Shown one piece after another: positions 10,101 through 20,000 of a DNA stretch of 20,000 nt. The notes beneath the pieces were generated by a model. That model saw only the letters and a list, made by a program, of their open reading frames with translations. It searched no databases and was not told the DNA's origin. The position numbers and the translations under genes were made by a program. The stretch is from Catajapyx aquilonaris. Its lineage: Eukaryota. The stretch's first letter is position 1. Every line of letters begins with the position of its first letter. The DNA is taken from NCBI GenBank assembly GCA_000934665.2, contig JYFJ02001747.1, positions 50,347 through 70,346 on the forward strand, written 5' to 3'.

Positions 10101-13100
10101 CTAACAGACAGATGAAGCGGGTGGGGACACATAGGAGGGGATATATGTTGATAAGGAGAGAGAAAAAGAAAAGGACAAGATCATATCACACTTGACTACC
10201 CCCACCTTATCTCCCCTGATCATCTGGAATTGCCAGTTTTTTTTTCATTCGATTCGCCCCCTCTCCCACCCCCCAGCTTCTGCCCTCCCTTGTGTGTATA
10301 CCCTGCGGTAGCATCAAGATTTGGCTTCTTCCTCCTTTTCCCCGGGTTTTGGGTCCCCGCCCTGAAGTGGCCCAAACCTGCTGGCCCAGGTAGGCAGGCA
10401 TTCCAGGAGTTGAGGCTGCTGGCTGTTCAGCCAAGAGTGGATTCGAGCCAGTATGACCAAACTGCGTCATGAGAACAAATCATTTCCTATTAGTCCGGCC
10501 GCAGTTTAAGGAGACAGGGCGTGGGCAGGAAGAAAGTTTCATTAATTAACCCCCATCTGAGAGAGCACCATTCCCCTCTAAGCAGGCCATCGGTAAAGGG
10601 CAGACCTGGAGGCCTGTTCTCAATGGGCAGACCGATTAATATAACACCACCACCAACCACCACAGGCTTTATGTGTGTACTCCAGAAAGCTCGTAATGCT
10701 TGCTGGCAGGTGTTGGCCATTTATCACCTCTGATTGCATCTACGTGACTCTGCAAATGCCGTATGGGAAGTGTCCTCCGACAGTGTTGCTCTCTCATTAG
10801 CCCACATTTTTTGAACAATGGGGATTCGGACACGATTTTGCGCGTGTGTAACCAGGTTTACGAAATTGCTTTTTGATAGCTGAGGAAACTGGCAATGTTT
10901 CGCCTTACATTTTGTAACATTCCAATCAGCTGCTACACAGGATCTTATCTGTTGGAAGAACTTAAGTGAGTAACGTATGCAAATGCAGGAAATGTTATGA
11001 TTGGATTATCATAATGTAGCAGGAGGACATGAGAACTAATGGTTATACCACAGGTTAGCCGGTAAGCGGTAGATTTCAAAGACACGAATTATTTCAAGTT
11101 TTTCTGCCTACATGTCCTGGAAGATTTGCACTCTCTTGCCAGCCCAGGGCCATAGATGGTCAGATTACAAGCGGATGTAATTGTGTCCGAAATGACTCCG
11201 ATTATTATCGACTCAAAATAAAAATTCGTTCAGTGACGAATAGTCTGCTAGATTTAATACGTGACTATATGGCTAGCTTACAATTGCATGCTTATTGTGA
11301 ACTGTGTGTTGGAATAACAGTTGGGCTGTGCATCTTCCACGGAACATGTTGCTTGCCAACTTCCCAAGTCAACGCACAGCAGTGACCAAGCCCATGTAAC
11401 AGGCAATGTGCTTGGCAAGGTCAGAAAAATAGGCTATTATCATGGGCACTCCCAATATCCGTAACCGATCGTTATAAGCCCAGTTTAAGTCGCACTTAAT
11501 AGGCGATCCGGCCTTTGAGAAAACAATTGTTAAGCCCCTCCTGAAACCCGTTCTCTCCAGCATTCAGGAGCCATGTGCACACAGTCCGGATGCAAATTTG
11601 AATCAATTCCCTGGTTGTGTAATAAGTGAAATGGAGGTTATCACCGGTTCGATCAATCCCGTGCTGAGCAATTAGGCGCGATTACGACCCGCCAGCAAAT
11701 ACGGGGCCAGCCAAAGTGCTTGTTGAAGATAACCATCTCCGTTCACCGCACAATCTGCAGGGTATATGCTACCCCCACACCAAATTTTTGGCTTCAAGAA
11801 TTAGCCTACTTCTACCCTCAAGGCGCGGTTTCACAAACAGTTCGCTTCTGGCATGAAGAAAATTAAGTTTCATTTTTTTTAAACATTTTGGAAGACGCGA
11901 TATAAATTAGCAGCCTCCGACCCTTCTCGCCCAATTTGAGCAACCTTCACAATTTGCCCATTTGGGTCAGGCCATAATGAGTGTGGCAGCCAGGAAAGAG
12001 AAGGCCTTGCCCTAGGGTGTTTCATATGAGCTTTCTCCTCAATCATGTTCCCTCCTTTTCTTTCTCACCCAAATGTTAGATATATGAGGCATCGATTACA
12101 TCGGAAGTGATAGGCACTGATTAGGTCGATGGGTGGGAGGCTGTTTTTTTTCGCTTGGCCAATTTCTCTCTCATGCAGCATGCTAATGGTTATCCCTGGC
12201 ATGAAACACTTCGTGCCAGCAGATTGATTATCAGAAACTGAGGGGAAGTTCTGCTTCGTTATTAATAAAGTTCGAAGGGGGAACTGATCAACTATTCGTG
12301 TGCTCTACTGTGTTACCTACTATCGTATAGAATCGTGCGAGCTTGATGAAATAAAGCTTGCGTAATATTTCCCGAACACACAAATGCTTATGCACTTAAA
12401 TTTTCAACCAAAGGTCTCAAAAATTTTCGCCCACTTTCATGCGGTTAATAAGGACGTGATACTTCTGCCCTACCAGAAATTATCCCGTCATGAAACGCAA
12501 TTTACAAGCAAATTCCAGTAATCAAGCAGTCGTATGAATCAAACGTTTCCATACCATCAATCTTTGAAAAACTTTTATCCCGATTAAAACTGACTCACCT
12601 TATCTGAAATCAGTCCAGGTCGTGATTTACTAATAGCCCTTTTCTACTGAAAATAATAATGGAGGTGCGATTAGCCATCTTTTCAGACCAAGGTTGCTTA
12701 GTCGAAATCAATCTCATAACCTGGGGGCCAGCAGCAGCCCTCCTTCGTTTGAAATTCAGGAAAAGTGGTGTACACAAAGCGATGACAGTGACATATCAAC
12801 TGTGGAGAAGGGGTTTGCAGCAGAGGAAGACAAGATGGAAAAGATTCGGTCCATCGCGCATAACAAGGCGGCGCCAAAGTAAAGCCAGACACTCCAGTTG
12901 GAGACATGAAGGGACCTCCCTGGCACAGTAGCGATGCCTTCTGAATACATAAGTTGCACACATTGCATGGATTTAGGTGGGTGTGTGTATGGGGGGTGGA
13001 GGTGGAGGCCTCTCATCAGCCTATATCAAGGAGGCGGTCACCTTTAGCGGCTGTCTGATCAAGTTCATATTATTCGTCTGGACATGCATAGAGACGCTAT

Positions 13101-16100
13101 CTCTACGAACGAGTCCACGAAGATTTTTACATGGACTTACTACCGTGGACTGGACCGTTTTTTCCCCCCAGATGGCTAATTGGAGGCTACATGTGTAGAT
13201 TAGCTTATAGGTCTGAGACTGGATATCGGTTACATATATCTAATGCGAAAGATGTTGAGCTTGGCAGAGGTCGGGGAGGGAAAGAGAGAGATACAAGGTT
13301 GTGTAGCCTTTATCTCTCATCGTGTGACGGCTTAGCAGCTGCAGGAAATCTCGAGGACCTGACGGGAAGAAGTAGTGAACATGGCGTACAGTATTTCTTA
13401 TTGCCACGGACATAACGTTATATGCAAAGTCCTACTTTGCAACTGTCGTGTTCTTTAACACTAGTGATTGCGGGGATTTATGCTGTGGACATGAAACTTC
13501 AATGTAAAATCGTTTTTTAAATCGTCAATTAAATCTTAATGTCGCTTTTACGAGGTTAGAATACATAATTGAATTTAGTATAGTCGCTTATTTATAGCCC
13601 CGTATATTTTTAGTGAAATCAGCATTTTTGGATGGACTAAAACTTTCCAAGCAAGAAAAATATTCACTTCGGGGTTTATACTGCAACCGTTTCTAGGACC
13701 AACCCATTTTTACGATACGTCTATCGGACATCTAGTGTTTCCCACGCAGAATACTGTACAATCGAGTCTATTATATGCAAAGTATGCTACTATACTTACG
13801 GAAAAGGGATGAAAGGTCAAGCTCACCTAACATTATAATGAGATCTTGGGTGTAAGGTGCAACACTGGGTAACGGCATAGCCTAAGTGAGATCACGTGAC
13901 TTTTGCAGTGGAAGATCTATATGCGACTAGTACATCTTGAGTGGAATTGTTCAAGGTAATAGGCGCTTCCCACATATCCTGAATTGGGATGGCACACAAA
14001 CGCTTAGTCAATGTTTACAAAACTATGCGACAGCAGGAGTTTCAAACCCGACCTTTTATTCGGTTAATGTATACAGAACGTAGGCCATTTTTCTCATTGT
14101 TTGCAAAACCTTCAATGTGGACGGTAAGCCCAGCCTTATCCAGTTGGCAGGTAAATGATGGCGTACAAGTGTCAAGGCAGAACTCGACAATATGTCCCGA
14201 GGCCGATTTCTATATGCGTGCCTCGCACCAGGTTGGACATAAGACGACTTTAAACATACGCCCTTATAACGCAAGATTTGCATCATCAGGAAGTTGCATT
14301 ACTGCGTATATGGAGGTGACGACGAGTTTCAAGAACGGCCAGCTTTTCATTCTCTTCAATTTTGGAAAAAAAGCAACATTTTGGTGAAAGTTTAATGTAA
14401 GTAGTCAAAGAGATTTTACTGCTCACGCCACAGGCCTTGGCGATTACAATTAGTCGTGCATGACAAAGGGCGCATCCTTGACATGGCGTGTGCATTTTCC
14501 TTGAGAGTATTTTTCTTTTCAGTTTGCAGTTTGAAACATGACATCAACAGAGGAATTTTGTTCAGGAGTTGTATAACGGATTCCCTTTGACAAATACATA
14601 TAACACAATATTAATGAGTGATCGTCACGCAAGCCTGACAAAGTGTGGTGAAGGGCAGTAACGTTGGTATAGACGTGATTGTCCCCTTTGGCCATAATTG
14701 AATGTAATCCCACGTAGTAAGCTACTTCATAATGATTCATAGTCCGAGGTCAGTTAACGTTTTGTTCTTTATGCAGTCAATATTCGCATATGTTTTTATT
14801 ACCCAGTGCAAACACGAGTAATAAATTAAATACGTTTCGCAAATGAACTGCTTCAAAGACCGGAATGCCGTATTTCATTTTACTCCGCAAGACCTCCTCT
14901 AAGTTCTCAGTATTCTCTGACATCAAGTCGCAGTAAAAGACAACCATGAAGCTTTATTTTCCGGTTTACCACTCCAGGAGCTAAATTCAATGTCCATTTA
15001 CATAGTTATGAAGATTTTGAGTAATTATCCAAACCCGCTGTAAAACAAACGATGGGGACCTGATGGGTTAAAGAAAAAAAATTCCCTGTAGCCATTTTCC
15101 AAATCGTGCGAAACACACAAGTGGGTCGTTTCAAAAGGCGGCCATGAATTCCCAAGTTTTGTGTGCGAGGTGCAGAAGGTGGACGTCGGCAGACCATGAA
15201 TTAGTCTTCTCCTGCTCTTTACACAAGGAATACCATTGGCCCGGGGAATGTCTAGTACTTGTAAAACGTCTTTTCCAAAGCCCGCTTTTTTGTGGGATAA
15301 AGGGGGCCAGAAGAGGTACTTTTTAAGAGCCCATTTTTCCAGACGCCAGAAAACCCCTAGCTCTCAGACTGTCTTCTTTACCGGGAGAAAACTGACTAAA
15401 GAGGCCCTATCCTGGATACATTTCACTCATCTCCTACCCTCAACATTTTTATGCCTTACTTGAAGATAGACTCGTTTTAACCCACTCCTATAAGCCGTCA
15501 AGTGCTACTTTTTAAGCTGAGGCTTATACGAACTGTGACATTTTTCTGAGGAACAACATTTTTTTTTGTTAATAACGGTTTGTAAAATGAGAATTTTTTA
15601 GAGAAAAGCCAAATGATGCATTCTGATTCGCTCATTGAAGTTACTGATATTCGCTTCATTATTCACTGCATTGTTCGTACTTCCGTCTCATGTTCCATCG
15701 TCGTAATTACTCTTAGGACTGGCTCTTAGGCAACCGTCGTCTGATATCTCTTTTCCTGCTGAGAAAGGGCTCCTCCCAGCACACATGCATACGCACAAGG
15801 AAGGAAAGGTCCCCACCTTTTATTACATTTATCTTCCCCAATAAGCGCTGGGAACACAATCCGAGTCCTTTGAAACCTGAGTGGGTTTCCATGTCTGTCG
15901 GACTGAGCCCAGGAAGGATGACGGCCAGGTGAAGAGGAGGGGCTATTCATATCCCCCTTTTCTGCTTCTTCTTTGCCTCTATGGGCGGGTTCCGTTTCCT
16001 ACTCGAACTAATCTATCCTCGTGCAAACCTGAAGATAAGGAATATTAATGCCCGTTGACCAATAATATCTCGTTCTCTTTTTCGTCTCCCCAAATAAGGA

Positions 16101-18790
16101 CAAAAGCACGATGAGGATTAGACGTCTCTGGCAACCTGGAGGAAATGAACTTTGTTATTTGTCTGTGGCTCAGAAGAATCACCCTGCTCTACGCCCTGTT
16201 ATACCTGTTACTCACGCAATGGTCAGAAATTAATGCTGGTCATTATGCGGCCTTCTACTACTGACAAGTATGACCAACACCCGCCGTGAAAAATCCAGAT
16301 GATCATTAAAAAGCGCGTGAAGACGGTGTCAACTGGCCCACTTTGAAAAGCAATTCACGCCCTGGAGGTGCCCTCGGGAGTAAAAAGGGCCTTCACTTTA
16401 TTAATGGCCCCTCGATCCCAAACCAGCGTCCATACGTTATGGACCCAGTCCGGCTGCTCCTTGGGGTCATCGGTGGCCTCCCCCAAAAAATCCAGGCCTA
16501 TTACATGCTTGATTTCCCTATCAATGAGCATCCTCGCGTGATTCATGGAGGGTTCGGGCCAAAGGCCTTCAACCGCAGGAAAATCCCCGCAGAGGCCCCT
16601 TTTGGAGTGCTTCAGGACCCCGCCCCACCGGCTTCCATAAACCCCCCCTACCTCAGACCCTATTTTCCGACCCCCATGCTCTTCTGGGAATTCCATCCAC
16701 CCAAAAAAAAGTATACCCCTTTCGAAGTCTTCACAAAAAAAAAGAGACCGATATACGCGGGTTGAAGCATTTTCGCGATGGACAGCCCCCACCGAAAGGT
16801 CAGGAGAAGGGAAAGGTACCTTGTAAGGAATCCATTTCCTCGGGTCCCCCTATGGAGTGAGCAACAAGTCTTCTCGAGTACCCCTGGGGAGTCGGTCGGA
16901 TTAGCCCGGTCCTGCTCAAAAGGCATCCGACACCCTGAGGACCCCGCCACCATGTTTTCCCAGAAGAGCTCTACATCTGTATTACTGTCTTGGGGGGCGG
17001 GCTCGGGTGTTCGCAGTGTGTACAAAATCGGTGTCCGACCTTCACGTGGTGAAGTGTGCATACGGGGTATAAATCATGGTACATGAGAAGAGACAGTGAC
17101 AAATCAGCTGAAGCTCATGTATTGTGTCACTGGCCAGGAAAATGTTTCATAAGACACGTGGGGATAAATTCTTACGACATGAGACTGCAGACAGCTTTAT
17201 CCCTCCACGTAATCTCATCAGGCAGTACAAAAGTCATCAAAAGTGACAACCGGCTGAGTAAGGAGACTAAAAAGCGAAAGTGTCTTTACCTGTTGCTGCC
17301 CAACTTCAGACCTGATCTGTGAGACAGAAAAATTGTCCAATCAGGTCTTCAACACTGTCACTAAGTACTCATTTTCTACATTGTACATAGGTTCAGTAGT
17401 TGGCTTGTAAAAAAAAAAGTCCTGACTTGAACGGTGCACTAAGAGCGCGTGTAAATAATTGGGCAGTTTCTTTGCGTCATGGGTGATGTGTGGGAAGAGC
17501 AGTGATTAGTATCCATCAACGAGAAGAGTCGTAACCTGGCAGTTGAGCTGCTGCCTATCATTAGCCAGTTCACCTTCTAGCTGGTTACACAGCACTCACA
17601 AGGTGCCCTCTTTTTTTTATATACACCATGAGCTGCATTGCACGTGCAGGTAAAAATTTGCTTGATGAATTTAGATGAACTGTCGGACAAGGATTTGTTG
17701 GTCTTCCTCCTGGTGCTGCAGAGAGGTTTCGCTGGTTCGGAACCCAATTTATCAACCATTTTTTATATATTCTATTTCACCCTCCCTCCTTCTTCTTTCC
17801 GTGCTGTTGCTTCAAACAGGATCAAAACATGCGATGGGAAACAAATAGGATGTAGGCGGGATGGGGGGCGATATATTGCCCTGCTGCCAGATTCTAGATG
17901 GCATTTTTCAGATTCCTGCTTACAAACAACTTGCCCCACACAGCTTGTATTCATAGTTGACCAAAACTTTTGTGGGCATCTTTTACCAGGGACAAGGTTT
18001 ATCAAACCCTCTGGCCATTTGTATGCCACCAACGGTCTTGATGGAAATAGCCCCAATTAAAAAGACAAATTGGCGTTTTAGAGTAGGGGACATGGTTTTT
18101 TTCTGATATGGATGGGCTCAATGTTTATTGGAACTGAACACTGATCGCCTTATATGGCTTTACAAATGGACATTTCCGCACGTCTTGAAGGATGTACGCG
18201 TGACAGTGGCATCCTGGGAGCCAGGCAGCGTGTATCGACGGTATGCGAACTGAGGTTTGTCACGTATCGACTACCTTGGCTGAGGAATCGGAATGCCTCG
18301 TGAACTGAATCATCAATTAACAGAAACCATTTTTTTACGTGCCTCCATACTGGTCGGCTTAATATTTTATACCTGTTTTTTTTTGGGAGGCCACAGCAAA
18401 ACCAAAACAAACCTTGACACTGCCCGTGATCCTGAACATTGTGACTGACAAATGTTATGCAAATCTAAGCTATATGAAAGTACGTCCCTGGAGAGACCGA
18501 GCCGAGAGTGCCCTTTATTTAGCATAATAATCGCAAAACTTTGTTACATTAAATTAACCACCTCTGGACCCGGACATCCTCATTAGCTTCGTCATTACTT
18601 ACATCTTCCGAGCATGTAACGCCTTGCTGAACCCTCAGAAACGAGCTTCCTCTGTCTCACTCGAATTGGCATAAATTTGCAAATAAAATTCCAAGTTTGA
18701 AGCTCCAGTTTCGCTTGAGAAAATAATTAATTTCCGCGTCAAGTGGGTAAAGTAGTTTTGCAAGAGAGCAAATCAATCCAGCCCAGGGTA

Positions 18791-18813
18791 CCCCCCCTCC
18801 CCCTCCCCACCCC
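18791..18813 (-). other. Potential G-quadruplex-forming sequence (G4-T-G4-A-G5-A-G7 on the minus strand)
   Basis: The plus strand reads C7-T-C5-T-C4-A-C4: four runs of at least 4 with 1-nt loops. Confidence 0.65.
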
Positions 18814-20000
18814 TTTCCACATAATTACAATTCTATTCCACAAGTGAGAAAGAAAATCAGAGAGCTTGAAGAGCCAGTGTAGCATCGAAATTGGTCATCT
18901 CCTAGAGTCTGCTAAGCGGAAAATGAGTGTCTCCCGCACGCCGTCTCTCCTCGCTTGCAATTGGCAGCCTCATTTGCTATTCACGGAAAACGAGGGGTTA
19001 CAACAGGACCACATTTCCGCCATTCAAAAAAAATAATATTTTCCCTCCCTGTGTCTGCCCATGAGTTTGTTAAATAACGCCCTAGAATTTGACGGATACA
19101 AAACGCCGGTTGCAATTTACCCATCAGAAATCGAAAGAAAAAGGAGGTCTCTGACTTCTCCACTGGACATCAATCTCCTTGGATTTTTCAGCAAATTAGG
19201 CATGTGAAAAACGAGTCCCCCCCCCCCTCCCCCTCACCGCCTTGTTTCGCATCAAAATGTTCAATCACGGTCTGGTGTTATTGAGGTAACTAGGCGAGAC
19301 TGCATTTACGAGGGGTTATCTGCTGGCACACTTCTGTTTAGAAGAGGAATATATCAATTGCGACTGGTCCGCACCTTCAAGCTATTTTGCAGTTTCTCGA
19401 ATCTTTCAACTGACGTCAACACCAGACCACTTTTTTTATAGACACGATGGCCGGAGGACAGCTGATGGGAGAGAGGAGGTTAGTATTATTCTAACCACTA
19501 AAACCTGACATGAAAGTTGGTGGCTGATTGTGACAAATTCAGTCAAATGGTTTGCCAAGCAGTCAGTTGGAGATGAAAAATTATTAGCAATAGGCAAATT
19601 AGCAGGAAAAATTATGACTTCTGACCAGGGGGGTTCTGAATGTTTATAGTTGATAAAAATATTGCCTACAATTTCTGATTATATTACACACTTCCTGTTA
19701 TGGTCAGACACCGTGTACTTTGCCCTCCATTATTCTGAGCATGTCAGTGGCCTCCAGTGAACTGTACAATAGACCTGTACATTTTTCCGTGACAGATATT
19801 GGAAGTCATAACCAGTTGTTTACGAAATACATATTTTAGTGTTAGCATGCTTCAAGGGACGGCATTATACATATTATTTGAACGTAACTCGGCATTCTTT
19901 GCGAATGGTGGGAGGAGAATCGTAAAATAGCCCCCCCCATATATTTTCAGTTGGTATTTTTTCAACCCAAGTTCACTCCTCATATGATTGGTTGGAATTT

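Noticed and set aside
10430..10500. Minus-strand tRNA/SINE-like segment (GGCTCGAATCC, CTCATGA loop)
   Set aside because: No A box or D arm, mismatched stems, and TTC replaced by CTC; not a credible cloverleaf.
8214..12219. Isolated 9-10 bp hairpins (~8214-8236, 8704-8728, 12196-12219)
   Set aside because: Stems of this size with G-U pairs are expected by chance in 20 kb, and they share no sequence.
13970..14387. ORF 13989..14387 and an upstream ELGW resembling a LINE C-terminus
   Set aside because: Only short low-information matches, and no splice or homology support for a gene.
16355..16792. Minus-strand ORF with LCG, HVIGLD and VWDRGA resembling thiopurine methyltransferase motifs
   Set aside because: Spacing between motifs does not fit TPMT, and there are no supporting splice sites.
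1..20000. CRISPR array, rRNA, intact transposase/integrase, or long tandem repeat
   Set aside because: I saw no regularly spaced repeats, conserved RNA motifs, matched terminal inverted repeats or long intact ORFs.

Overview
Eukaryotic (animal) genomic DNA, AT-rich overall; an invertebrate deuterostome such as amphioxus is my guess from gene structure and composition, not something the sequence proves. The only well-supported gene is a spliced + strand paraxis/scleraxis (TCF15/SCX) family bHLH transcription factor: join(1765..2111, 2816..2946, 3606..3706, 4096..4236), 239 aa. It may extend 5' through 1709..1764 to a micro-exon at 1420..1435 (263 aa). It has a TATA/Inr candidate at ~1332-1369 and an AATAAA at 4657. 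The remaining ~15 kb has no confidently identifiable gene and looks like a regulatory gene desert with GC-rich patches, hairpins and a few small-ORF candidates. The most interesting observations are (i) an in-frame tandem splice acceptor that would insert SPPRGLR at the basic/helix-1 junction, giving a possible dominant-negative isoform, (ii) a uORF whose stop overlaps the first in-frame ATG, and (iii) a GC-rich ~248-codon frame at 16343-17086 with one TGA that faintly resembles a CR1/L2 LINE endonuclease. I found no convincing evidence of a new biological system, and no CRISPR array, rRNA or intact tRNA.
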